DNA of 64,000 nt, taken from the NCBI GenBank assembly GCA_038897215.1, contig JAWAWX010000001.1, positions 672,001 to 736,000 on the forward strand, in the 5' to 3' direction. Below, in pieces: positions 19,181-28,415 of the stretch; position 1 is the first letter of the stretch; every line of letters starts with the position of its first letter. The notes under the pieces are model-generated. The model was not told where the DNA came from and did no database searches. It saw nothing but the letters and a program-made list of their open reading frames with translations. Position numbers and translations under genes: made by a program. Source of the DNA: Acidilobaceae archaeon. GTDB lineage: Archaea; Thermoproteota; Thermoprotei_A; Sulfolobales; Acidilobaceae.

Positions 19181-20614
19181 CTAAGCGGGTGAACGCTCTC
19201 TCCGCCACTCGGTGCGGTTCTGGTAGTCCATCAGCCTTATCCCCAGCTTGAGGAGCTCGCTCCTAATCCAGTCTGAGAGCTCGTACATCCTCCTAGCTCT
19301 AAGCTCACTCCTTACTCTTACTATCAGGTCTATTAGAGGCTCTTCTAGAGTCTCTACTCTCCGCGACTCCAGGACGTCGTCTAGAACCCCGTAGACTCTA
19401 TTCGAGTCAACGAGGAATTTCAGCACATGCAGCAGAATGCTCTGACTCTCGCTGTGCTCCACCTCCTTGTAGTACAGGCTAGTGAACTCCCAGAGGGCGC
19501 TCATAGCCCCCGAGAGGTTGAAGTCTTCAGCGAGTTCTCCACGCCATCTAGCGTAGAGCTCTCTTACTCGAGCGAGTAGCTCCACGTCTCCGGGAGAGAG
19601 CCAGTGTGTTGGCTCGCTCTTCTCGAGCCTTCTGAGAGTCTTGTCCGCTATGTCTACGAGCCTCTGGTGTAGTCTAACAGCTTGGCTTAGACCCTGCTCG
19701 CTGTAATCGAGAGGAGACCTGTAGTGAGCGCTCAGAAGCCATAGTCTCAGAGGCTTAGAGCCCCACTTCTTCGAGGCTTCTCTGAAAGCCACTATGTTGC
19801 CCAGGCTCTTGCTCATCTTCTCTCCCTCTATGGTCAGGTAGGCTACGTGGACCCAGTACTTGACCCAGGGGCTTGAGCCGAAGTATGCTTCGCTCTGAGC
19901 TCTCTCGTTCTCGTGGTGAGGGAAGACTAAATCCATGCCTCCTCCGTGGATGTCTATACGTGAGCCTAGATACTTGCTACTCATAACGCTACACTCGATA
20001 TGCCAGCCCGGCCTGCCCGGACCCCAGGGGCTCTCCCAGTAGGGTTCTCCCGGCTTGGCGGCTTTCCATAAAGCGAAATCGTAGGGGTTCTTCTTCTCTC
20101 TAACCAAGTCTTCTTCCTGCCTCCAGACGTCTCTTGAGAGCCTCCCGCTCAGCCTACCGTAGTCCGGGTACTTGTCTACATCGAAGTAGACGCTCCCCGA
20201 CTTCGAGACGTAGGCGTAGCCCTTGTTCACGAGTTCTTCAACGAACTCTACTATCTCTCTAATGTGGTCGGTCACTCTTGGATGTATATCGACTCTTATC
20301 CCGAGCTCTTCGAGCATAGCCATGTAGTCTCTAGTGTACTCCTCGACTATCTCCCTCCAACTCCTACCCTCGCTCTCCGCTCTCTTCAGTATCTTGTCGT
20401 CGATATCAGTTATGTTCTGTACGTGAGTCACGCTGTAGCCCATCAGACTCAGGTATCTCTTGAGAGCATCGAAGACAGCGAATGTCCTAGCGTGACCGAT
20501 GTGAGTATAATCGTAGGGAGTAGGGCCGCACACGTACATCGAGACGAGGGGGCTACGCCAGGGCTTGAACTCCTCCACGGTCTTGCTTAAAGTGTTGTAC
20601 ACGGCTAGAGACAC
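19181..20614 (-). CDS. cysS: Cysteine--tRNA ligase
   Basis: YVCGPT, HIGH, PGWHIEC, FPHHENE and KMSKS motifs. Confidence 0.98.
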   Translation of the reverse strand: MSLAVYNTLSKTVEEFKPWRSPLVSMYVCGPTPYDYTHIGHARTFAVFDALKRYLSLMGYSVTHVQNITDIDDKILKRAESEGRSWREIVEEYTRDYMAMLEELGIRVDIHPRVTDHIREIVEFVEELVNKGYAYVSKSGSVYFDVDKYPDYGRLSGRLSRDVWRQEEDLVREKKNPYDFALWKAAKPGEPYWESPWGPGRPGWHIECSVMSSKYLGSRIDIHGGGMDLVFPHHENERAQSEAYFGSSPWVKYWVHVAYLTIEGEKMSKSLGNIVAFREASKKWGSKPLRLWLLSAHYRSPLDYSEQGLSQAVRLHQRLVDIADKTLRRLEKSEPTHWLSPGDVELLARVRELYARWRGELAEDFNLSGAMSALWEFTSLYYKEVEHSESQSILLHVLKFLVDSNRVYGVLDDVLESRRVETLEEPLIDLIVRVRSELRARRMYELSDWIRSELLKLGIRLMDYQNRTEWRRERSPA

Positions 20615-20720
20615 AAATACAGCTTCACCGATAGCTAGTATGAGGGATAAGAGCCTAATAAAAGCTTCTCGCTCTCTTTAAAAGCTCCCTCCAATAAGAG
20701 CTTGTAGCCGGGAGAGTGTA

Positions 20721-21362
20721 GTGGAGGCTAGGGCTAGCTTCTCTGAGCGAGAGCGATATAAGCACCCAGTAGTTATAGCTATGAACGATATAGTCTCGTT
20801 CATTCAGAAAGCCATAGACAACCTGGACTTGAGGAAGGTGGATGAGCTCCTAGACCTCCTAGTAGGCGCCTACAAGAGCCGGAAGAAGATCCTAGTCATG
20901 GGCGCTGGTAGGAGTGGTCTCATAGCTAAAGCGTTCGGCATGAGGCTCCTCCACTTAGGCTTCACGGTTTACGCTCTAGGCGATAGCCTTGTGCCCAGCG
21001 TGTCTAAAGGCGATATAGTCATAGCTGTATCTGGCTCTGGCTCCACAAAGCTCATAGTCACAGCAGCGGAGACAGCGAAAACGGTGGGAGCGAAGGTCGT
21101 GGCTATAACTAGCTACCCAGACTCTCCTCTAGGCAAGCTAGCAGACCTCACGATAGTCGTCCCCGGTAGAACCAAGACGAGCCACATCACGGACTACTTC
21201 GCTCGGCAAATACTCGGAGTCTACGAGACCACGGCCCCTCTCGGGACGCTCTTCGAGGACACAGTCTCGGTATTCTTAGATGGCGTCGTCTACGCTCTAA
21301 TGCTCAGACTTAACGTGAACGAAGACGACATGAAGTCGAGGCACGCCAACATAGAGCTCTAG
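20721..21362 (+). CDS. hxlB: 6-phospho-3-hexuloisomerase (SIS domain)
   Basis: GAGRSG, AFGMRLLHLG, SGSGST, PLGTLFE and C-terminal HANIE. Confidence 0.93.
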   Translation: MEARASFSERERYKHPVVIAMNDIVSFIQKAIDNLDLRKVDELLDLLVGAYKSRKKILVMGAGRSGLIAKAFGMRLLHLGFTVYALGDSLVPSVSKGDIVIAVSGSGSTKLIVTAAETAKTVGAKVVAITSYPDSPLGKLADLTIVVPGRTKTSHITDYFARQILGVYETTAPLGTLFEDTVSVFLDGVVYALMLRLNVNEDDMKSRHANIEL

Positions 21363-21406
21363 AGCGCAATTACCAGATATCGGGGCTGCGATAAAGAGAC
21401 CGGTCT

Positions 21407-22939
21407 CTAACCCCCTCTCACGGTTAAGACTATAGATTGAGATGAGATTACGTTCTCCATTACCCACCAATCCATATCAAGTCTTACGGTGCATGATGCT
21501 GTCGGCGGAGCTATGGCTGTCAGATAGAGTTTGACCGCTAGCCATGAGCCCGTCCAGGATGGTGGCGGGCTGATATACAGGTCTCCTGTGGTTTCTCTTT
21601 GAAGCCCTCCATTTGCTATAACTATGTCGCTAGGGGCTTTTCTTCCATCCCAGGAGACTAGAGATATAGTGGCGTAGACTCTGGGGTCTGTGCAGTACAC
21701 GTGGGCGGCTCTCAGCCTCGACGTGAATGCGTGAGCTAGATTGCTGTAGACGTGCAAGAAGTCTCCAGCGAATCCAAACCTGTAGACGTCGCCTCCGACA
21801 ACGTAGTCGAAGAGTGCAGAGTAGACAAGGCCCCCTCTGTCGTCGAATATCTCTATCCTAGCGTTCCTAAACACTAACCCGTAGTCGGTGCCGGCTGAGT
21901 ACGTGACTCTAGTTAGGTCTAGCTGGGGAGCCCAGACAGGTATCGATGCAATCCCCCCGCTGGATACTGCCTCGAAGACCACGGCTCCTCCCTGTCTTGG
22001 AACAATCCTGGCTCTCCAGCCGTCAGGCAGCCCCGTGATGTTGACGAACCAGGGGGGCTTATCTATCGTGACCACCATATTGTCGAAATAGAAGGTTCCC
22101 GTGAACAGGCTCGTTGAGATCCAGTAGCCGACGCCGACTCTATTAGGGTAGAACCTCTGCCCGGCTCCTATGCTGGCTGAGCTTAGCAGTGTTACATTCC
22201 AGTGCTCTGCTCTCCAGGCTCTAAAGTCTACGAGCGCGACGACCTGAGCGAGGTACTCGTGCTCTAGCGTCATCCTGGTGCCTAGCCTCACGTGTGAGAG
22301 TACAGTGGTTCCATAGAGTATTGTTGATGAGAGGCTATCGCCAGTCCTGGCGGTCAGCAGCGTAGAGTTATAGCCTATTCTGTAGAATCTCCCAGTAGTA
22401 GTGGTATCGACGTAGACACCGTCGGCTCTTATACGCGGGAAACCCGTATAACCGGGATAAGGTGTATAACTGGTTCTCATAGCTAGAGCAGCTACGTAAA
22501 CTCTCCTGCCTTCGCTAGCGTAAGCGCTGATATCGACATTAGCTAAGGCCATACACTCATAATCCCAGCCTGAGGGTCCTCTGGATCCCGCGGCTATGGA
22601 TAGAGCTCCTCGAGTAGAATCCCAGCTCCAAGTACACGTAAACGATGTCACTCGGCCAGCGGTTATCGGGTTATCGTCAAAGACGTCGAAGAAGACCGCC
22701 GACCTATGCACCCTCTCTAGCCTATACTGAGCATTAACGCTGACGTCGGCGGATGTTCTGTTATCATACAAGACTACTGTAACCCCGGGCGTTCTCGGGT
22801 CCTCTAGCCACACGACCGGCGGAGCTATCTGAGCGACCCCGTGCCCCCACCTATAAGCGAATACTCCCCCCCAGACCGTTGCTGTCACCACGGCCAGAGC
22901 GAAGATAGCTGTCAGCGCTCTCGCGGCTTTACTCAACAC
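21407..22939 (-). CDS. Hypothetical secreted or surface protein, beta-rich
   Basis: N-terminal signal/TM segment; 510 aa rich in Thr, Tyr, Trp and Gly; no family recognised. Confidence 0.75.
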   Translation of the reverse strand: MLSKAARALTAIFALAVVTATVWGGVFAYRWGHGVAQIAPPVVWLEDPRTPGVTVVLYDNRTSADVSVNAQYRLERVHRSAVFFDVFDDNPITAGRVTSFTCTWSWDSTRGALSIAAGSRGPSGWDYECMALANVDISAYASEGRRVYVAALAMRTSYTPYPGYTGFPRIRADGVYVDTTTTGRFYRIGYNSTLLTARTGDSLSSTILYGTTVLSHVRLGTRMTLEHEYLAQVVALVDFRAWRAEHWNVTLLSSASIGAGQRFYPNRVGVGYWISTSLFTGTFYFDNMVVTIDKPPWFVNITGLPDGWRARIVPRQGGAVVFEAVSSGGIASIPVWAPQLDLTRVTYSAGTDYGLVFRNARIEIFDDRGGLVYSALFDYVVGGDVYRFGFAGDFLHVYSNLAHAFTSRLRAAHVYCTDPRVYATISLVSWDGRKAPSDIVIANGGLQRETTGDLYISPPPSWTGSWLAVKLYLTAIAPPTASCTVRLDMDWWVMENVISSQSIVLTVRGG

Positions 22940-23009
22940 TCTTTAACCCCCGATACCATGGCCTCTTAGCGTTTTAATTTCCTATAGTCAGTCGATAAAC
23001 GTGAACATA

Positions 23010-23490
23010 GCCGAGCGCTTGCGCTCGAGAGATTAGCGTAATCGAGAGGAGCATCCCCGCGAGTAGTCTCTAGAGAGCTAGTAGAGGCCGGCTCTAAAGC
23101 CGCGGCGAGCCTAGCGGAGCACAGAGAACCCCGTAGTCTCGAGCCCGGAGAGGTCCGCGAGGAGCCGTTAGCCAAGCCGCTCTACGGGAGCGGGCAACGC
23201 GGGCTCTCTATGATGCTCGGGTCTCGGAGGTCAGCGGATCGAGGAGCGGGGTCGACGCTACCAGCTGGCATCGCCAGTTACGGAGTCCGAGCCTCTTACA
23301 GAGCCTGCTTTCACGCCGTCAGGCTGGTAGCGGGTCAAGCACCTCTACTCTCATCTCAGCGTGGCGGTTCACGCGAAAGTGCCTCGTATCGATCCTTCGA
23401 GAAGAGCCCCGAGTCTTTGAGGCGGCAAGCGGGCTCATTGGCGCTCTCGGGGGCGCGAGGGGTTCTTGCATGCTATTCCTCCCGACTCGC
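23010..23490 (+). ncRNA. Candidate large structured non-coding RNA of unknown family
   Basis: GC-rich gap with no credible CDS. Nested stems: 23125-32/23459-66, 23141-47/23200-06, 23236-42/23389-95 and 23256-65/23323-32. G-U pairs favour the + strand. Confidence 0.5.
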
Positions 23491-23571
23491 TGGCAGAGAG
23501 CTTGGTTTAGAGAGTTAAGCTTTAGCTCGCTCTAGCTTCTAACGCTCTAGAGTAGAGGGGGTGCTCGGCTT

Positions 23572-24936
23572 TTGGCTAGACGTCTGGAGTACGATGTCGT
23601 GATAGTGGGGCTCGGCCCTGCTGGAGCTGCTCTAGCCTACTTTCTGAGGAATAGCGGGCTTAGAGTAGCTGGCTTAGACTTAGTGGACGAGAGTAGAGTG
23701 TGGTCTAAGCCGTGTGGAGACGCTATTGGAGCAGGCTACTTCGACTCTCTAGGTCTCCCGCACCCTTCAGGAGACGAGGTTAAGACGTATGTGAACGAGG
23801 CTAGAGTCTACGCTCCGAGCGAAGAGGCCTATATCTCATTCAGGGGGGAGAGAGCTGGCTACATAATCGATAGACGCGGCTACGGGCTGAAGCTGATTAG
23901 AGAAGCTGAGAAGAGGGGGGTAGACGTCTACCTGAGCACCAAGGCTCTCCATCCAGTGATCAGAGACGGTAGGCTAGAGGGGGTTAGGGCTAAGAGGGGC
24001 GAGGAGGACGTAGAGTTCGCGGCTAGAGTGGTCGTGGACGCTACTGGAGCCTCGGCTTCTATCAGATACAAGCTCCCCAAAGAGTGGCCTGTTGTCGATG
24101 AGCCCGAGGAGACGGACTTCGAGCTAGCCTACAGGAGGATCCTGGAGCTGGAGGACGAGATCCCTGATTTCGACGCGATCAGGCTATACTTCAACGTAGA
24201 GATAGCTCCCGGAGGGTACTGGTGGTTCTTCCCCGAGGGCAGGAACGCTGTCAACATAGGGCTAGGAGTCCAGATGGGTAAAGGCTACCCGAGCCCTCTA
24301 GAACTCTACGAGAAGCACTTATCGCGCAGGAGAGAAGTGAGTAGAGTCAGGAGAGTCTTGAGCGACGGCGGCGCCAAGCTGCCGACAAGGAGACCCCTAA
24401 AGACCATGGTCTGGGATAACTTCATAGCTATAGGTGATAGCGCTTACACAGTAAACCCTGTTCACGGAGGAGGAATAGGCTACGCTATGACGGCAGCTAA
24501 GCACGCTGCGGAGGCTATCCTTGAGGCTCACTCGACCGGAGACTACTCAGCTAGAGGGCTCTGGAAGCTCAACCTACTCTACATGAGAGATCTTGGAGCC
24601 AAGCAGGCTTCACTAGACGTCTACAGGATATTCATGCAGACTCTGGGAAACGATGAGATAGAGTGGGCTGTGAGAAAGCTTTCATCAGAAGACCTCACCA
24701 TAGCTTTACTAGAAGGAGAGCTAAGACTAGACGCGAGCCTCCTAGACAAGGTGAAGATCGTGGCGAGCCTTGTCGGCAAGCCACGTCTACTAGCCAAGCT
24801 GGTGAAGACAGCGGAATACGCTAGAGCAGCCAAGAGTCTCTACAAGAGCTACCCCGAGGATCCTAGTGGTCTAGAGAGCTGGAGTGAGAGAGTAGAGTCT
24901 CTCATCAGGTCCTTCAAGAGAGAGGTAGAAGCTTAG
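23572..24936 (+). CDS. Digeranylgeranylglycerophospholipid (geranylgeranyl) reductase
   Basis: GLGPAG, KPCGDA, PGGYWWFFP and GD.A..VNPVHGGG motifs. Confidence 0.92.
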   Translation: MARRLEYDVVIVGLGPAGAALAYFLRNSGLRVAGLDLVDESRVWSKPCGDAIGAGYFDSLGLPHPSGDEVKTYVNEARVYAPSEEAYISFRGERAGYIIDRRGYGLKLIREAEKRGVDVYLSTKALHPVIRDGRLEGVRAKRGEEDVEFAARVVVDATGASASIRYKLPKEWPVVDEPEETDFELAYRRILELEDEIPDFDAIRLYFNVEIAPGGYWWFFPEGRNAVNIGLGVQMGKGYPSPLELYEKHLSRRREVSRVRRVLSDGGAKLPTRRPLKTMVWDNFIAIGDSAYTVNPVHGGGIGYAMTAAKHAAEAILEAHSTGDYSARGLWKLNLLYMRDLGAKQASLDVYRIFMQTLGNDEIEWAVRKLSSEDLTIALLEGELRLDASLLDKVKIVASLVGKPRLLAKLVKTAEYARAAKSLYKSYPEDPSGLESWSERVESLIRSFKREVEA

Positions 24937-24961
24937 CTCTCCTCACTCGAGGCTCATCTCT

Positions 24962-25843
24962 ATGTCCTCGAGAGAGGTGGTCGAAGGCTGGGTTGTGGTC
25001 GTCTCTAGAAGCGGACGCTTAGACTTGATGACTGTGAGAGGCTACAGGCACCCCAGCGGAGAGCTCGTAGTCTCGCCCTACATGAGCTTCTCTAGGAGAC
25101 TCAAGTCCTACGACTTCAGAGAAGTAGAGGAGTTTGTTAGATTCGTTGACTGCATTGGGAGACACGCTCCCGTGATCGCGGAGTCTCTCGTAGTGACCTA
25201 CATCGACCCAGAGAGAGCTCTGAAAGTTAGGCGCGCTGACCTAGACCCCAGAGTTCTCGAGCTACTAGACACGCTAGCTCCAGAGTGGGCTGGGCTCACG
25301 GGCTCATGGGCAGTGTTCTCCGAGAAGCCGGGGAGCGATGTCGACCTCTTGGTCTACGGAGACTCCTCGAAGCTATACAGGGCTCTCCAAGACTTGAGAG
25401 ACGAGGGTCTCATACGCTCCTGCAGACTCGAGGATAGACTAGAGAAGACGAGAGACCTCTCTGGCCCCAAGCTATCAGCTCTCCTAGCTGGGAGAAGGCT
25501 TCTAGACTCGTGCTACAAAGAGCACCCCTATACTATAAGGGTTTTAGAGAGACTCGATAGAGAGCCTTGTAGCGAGAGAGTCTACTATTGGGGGAGGTAT
25601 GAGGGGCTAGTCAAGATAGAGGAGGTCTTAGGGGCTCCAGCTGTGCCTACACGATATCGAGCAGTCCTCCTGGATATAGGAGTGGAGGCTGTCCTCGAGA
25701 CGTGGCACACTAGGTTCGCTGAGCTCCCTCGAGGAGTCTACACGGCTAGATTAGTGCTACTCGAGGAGAGAGGAGTAGTCAAAGCGAGCCCCGACGTAGA
25801 TGGGTGGATTGAGGTAGAGCAAGTGGGGGATAGAGGGTCTTGA
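24962..25843 (+). CDS. Pol-beta-like nucleotidyltransferase (COG1665-like)
   Basis: GY.HP N-terminal segment and GLTGS-x8-SDVDLLVYG motif. Confidence 0.75.
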   Translation: MSSREVVEGWVVVVSRSGRLDLMTVRGYRHPSGELVVSPYMSFSRRLKSYDFREVEEFVRFVDCIGRHAPVIAESLVVTYIDPERALKVRRADLDPRVLELLDTLAPEWAGLTGSWAVFSEKPGSDVDLLVYGDSSKLYRALQDLRDEGLIRSCRLEDRLEKTRDLSGPKLSALLAGRRLLDSCYKEHPYTIRVLERLDREPCSERVYYWGRYEGLVKIEEVLGAPAVPTRYRAVLLDIGVEAVLETWHTRFAELPRGVYTARLVLLEERGVVKASPDVDGWIEVEQVGDRGS

Positions 25844-26772
25844 AGACGGCTGTAGAGCCAGCCCACGGGAGCATAGTCTATAGCGTAGACGGGCTGGTGG
25901 CTCAGGCTCTCGGGATTCCCCACGCTCCAGAACTCATTCCCGTCATACCGAAATACGTGTTATGCAATGAGGGAGCGTGGTCTAGGCCGGCGAGCAGATT
26001 GTGTAGAGTCATCGACGAGTACGGTCCCAGAGGGCTTTCCAGAGCTCTGTCTAAGCTTAGCTCTCTCAATAAGAGAGATGGAGTCTACGGTGCTCTAGTC
26101 CCCTACGTAGAGCGTTGGAGAACACTTCTCCTCATAGACCCAAGGGAAGCTCTAGAAGCGAGAATCAGGTCTCCTAGAAGCCAATTAGACCACACGGTTC
26201 TGAGAATCTCCAGCGTGCTGAGAAGCCTCGGAGTCTCTCTGGGAGAGCTCGGGCTAACAGGCTCTCTAGCAGCTGGAATCGAGAACCCCAAGTTCTCCGA
26301 CGTAGACCTCGTAGTCTACGGAGCGCGAGCAGCTAGAAGAGTTCTCGAGTTCTTCGAGTCGAGCACGATTAGAGGAGTCGAGAGGAGAGAGTTCGGCGGT
26401 CTATCCGTTAACCCCCCGGTTAACACTAGCTGGAGGAGAGCTAGACTAGAGGGAGTCGAAGTCTCCTGGGTAGGAGTCCCTCTCGAGGGAGAGCTCTGCA
26501 CACCCCTAGAGAGCTACTTCAAGGTGCCGAAACCCGAGAAACACGCTGAGAAAGTGCTGAGAATCGAGCCGGAGCAGGAGGAGAGCCTCCTCTACCCTCT
26601 ATGCGTTAAAGCGGAAACCGGAGAGTATCTTGTCTCCTTCGAGTACAACATAGCCATAATCGTCTACAAGGGGGGAGTGTTTAGAGTCAAGGGGCTTGTC
26701 GACGAGAACGAGACAGTAGTATACCTAGGGCTTAGAGAGCTCCCAGGAGAGCTATCCAGCGTAGACCAGTGA
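25840..26772 (+). CDS. Pol-beta-like nucleotidyltransferase (COG1665-like), tandem paralog
   Basis: PKY and GLTGSLAAG...SDVDLVVYG motifs; 4-nt overlap with the previous gene. Confidence 0.75.
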   Translation: MKTAVEPAHGSIVYSVDGLVAQALGIPHAPELIPVIPKYVLCNEGAWSRPASRLCRVIDEYGPRGLSRALSKLSSLNKRDGVYGALVPYVERWRTLLLIDPREALEARIRSPRSQLDHTVLRISSVLRSLGVSLGELGLTGSLAAGIENPKFSDVDLVVYGARAARRVLEFFESSTIRGVERREFGGLSVNPPVNTSWRRARLEGVEVSWVGVPLEGELCTPLESYFKVPKPEKHAEKVLRIEPEQEESLLYPLCVKAETGEYLVSFEYNIAIIVYKGGVFRVKGLVDENETVVYLGLRELPGELSSVDQ

Positions 26773-26888
26773 GACGAGAGGTCTCAGCGGGGCTAGAGCT
26801 CTATCAAGGCGAGAGAGTCTACGCTGAGTTTAAGAGTGCTCTCCTCTTAACAAACTTCTCGAGAAGACTCCCGGGGGGCTGATGAAGA

Positions 26889-27449
26889 ATGTCGTGGTTT
26901 CCCAGGAGGAGGAGGTTTTTCCGCGATATAGACGAGTTCTTTAGAGACTTCTTCAGAGACATGGAGGAGTTCTTAGAGGAGATAGAGGAAGAGTTCGAGA
27001 GACTCCGTCGTAGAGCAGTAGAGGAGGGGAGAGAGGAGGGCTATAGAGTCAGATACTTCGGCCCCTACGTTTACGGCATGAGGATAACCATCGGGCCAGA
27101 CGGGATCCCTAGAGTCGAGGAGTTCGGTAACGTTAGGAGAGAGCGCGGCAGGAGACCGCTGATATCTGAAGAGATGGAGCCGATAGTTGATGTGATCGAG
27201 AGAGAAGACGAGGTACGAGTAGTGGCTGAGCTCCCTGGAGCCGATAAGGAGAAGATAGACGTCAAAGTGGTCGGCAAGAAGGTGGTGATTAAAGCGAGCA
27301 ACGGGAGAAAGTACTACAAGGAAGTAGACCTGGAGCACGAGGTAGACCCTGATACAGCTAAAGCCACTTACAAGAACGGCATACTCGAGGTCGTATTCAA
27401 GAAGAAGAAGAGAGTAGAGGAAGAGGGTAAGAGGATCAAAGTGGAGTAA
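26889..27449 (+). CDS. hsp20: Small heat shock protein Hsp20
   Basis: GPYVYG..ITIGPDG.P..EEFGN, VAELPG and ATYKNGILEV motifs; C-terminal IKVE. Confidence 0.96.
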   Translation: MSWFPRRRRFFRDIDEFFRDFFRDMEEFLEEIEEEFERLRRRAVEEGREEGYRVRYFGPYVYGMRITIGPDGIPRVEEFGNVRRERGRRPLISEEMEPIVDVIEREDEVRVVAELPGADKEKIDVKVVGKKVVIKASNGRKYYKEVDLEHEVDPDTAKATYKNGILEVVFKKKKRVEEEGKRIKVE

Positions 27450-27990
27450 CGTCTCTACACTCCTCGTCGAGCTCTCTCTCTACCACGCTATCTCCGACTA
27501 TCTTGCTCCCCCCGTCGAAATCGCATAGAACTATAGTGAATCTCTCTCTACCCTCCACGGCTCTAGAAAGCCACTCTTTCAGCTCTCTGCACTCCTCTCC
27601 TGAGGCTTCTCTACACGCTATGTCTACAGGCTCTTCGAACATGTAAACTAGCCCCTCGATTGTCGTTATCAGTCCTGGCGTGTAGATAGTGGGAGTGAAT
27701 TGGAGATTCTTCTCTCTAATCTTGATACCGGCTTTCGAAGACTTGACGACCATGTATCTCAACTCCTCCTCTCCTGAGACCTCAACGAGTATCTTCTTAG
27801 GCTTCTGCTCTTCTGCTAGCATCACGTTCCTGTTGGAGAAACCGCAATTCCCGCATATCGCGACGAGGATTAAGACTCTACCGAAGTGGGGGACAGAGTA
27901 AGTGTACACGTCTACCTCTAACTTCTCCTGACCGCAGACAGGGCACTTCTCCCTACTCGAGTATAGCTTGACAGGCTCCTCTGTCTCCAC
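27436..27990 (-). CDS. ZPR1 zinc-finger protein
   Basis: CPVCG...VPHFG...CGNCGF, VVKS and ITTIEG motifs. Confidence 0.9.
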   Translation of the reverse strand: METEEPVKLYSSREKCPVCGQEKLEVDVYTYSVPHFGRVLILVAICGNCGFSNRNVMLAEEQKPKKILVEVSGEEELRYMVVKSSKAGIKIREKNLQFTPTIYTPGLITTIEGLVYMFEEPVDIACREASGEECRELKEWLSRAVEGRERFTIVLCDFDGGSKIVGDSVVERELDEECRDVTPL

Positions 27991-28000
27991 GCGTGCTCCC

Positions 28001-28279
28001 TCATCTCGCTTTCTGCTTCAAGAAGTTTTCAGCCTCTCTCGCTATAGCCTCAGCTAGAGCTCTCTCAGACTCTAGAACACACTCCTCCACACAGCCCTCT
28101 CTAGCTACGGGGTCTAAAGTAGCGCATCTCTCGTAGAGACACTTCCTGGAGAGCGATTGCCTGTTGAACGAGTAGACGACGATATGGCCTAGTTGTTGCT
28201 TTAATAGGAGATGGGAGACTCCCAGTCTTCTGAGCACTTCATCCACTAGCGCTATGTCGACTAGCCTGCTGTCAGCCAC
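28001..28279 (-). CDS. Hypothetical Cys-containing protein
   Basis: 92-aa ORF with CxxxxC...CxxxC, co-oriented with ZPR1. Confidence 0.6.
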   Translation of the reverse strand: MADSRLVDIALVDEVLRRLGVSHLLLKQQLGHIVVYSFNRQSLSRKCLYERCATLDPVAREGCVEECVLESERALAEAIAREAENFLKQKAR

Positions 28280-28415
28280 GAATGCTCTAAGGTCCGATCT
28301 GAGAGACTCAGCTATACTCGAAGCGATAGCCTCGTCTCTCCTCTCACTCTCCAGTGTTACTCACCTAGCTGAGCCTAGTCGGCTTAGGCGTTTATACGTA
28401 AGAGGGTTTAGTAGA

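Noticed and set aside
23010-23490. RNase P RNA, SRP RNA or group I/II intron identity for the structured region
   Set aside because: I found no GAGGAAAGUCC-like/ACAGAA P4 strands, no SRP helix-8 motif, and no properly sized domain V or P7 on either strand.
22966-23518. ORFs 22966..23175 (-) and 23210..23518 (+) as proteins
   Set aside because: Their Arg/Ser/Gly/Ala-rich composition and atypical codons are better explained by GC-rich non-coding sequence.
26854-26865. CTTCTCGAGAAG palindrome upstream of hsp20 as a heat-shock operator
   Set aside because: CTCGAG-centred palindromes are very frequent in this sequence, so it cannot be distinguished from background.
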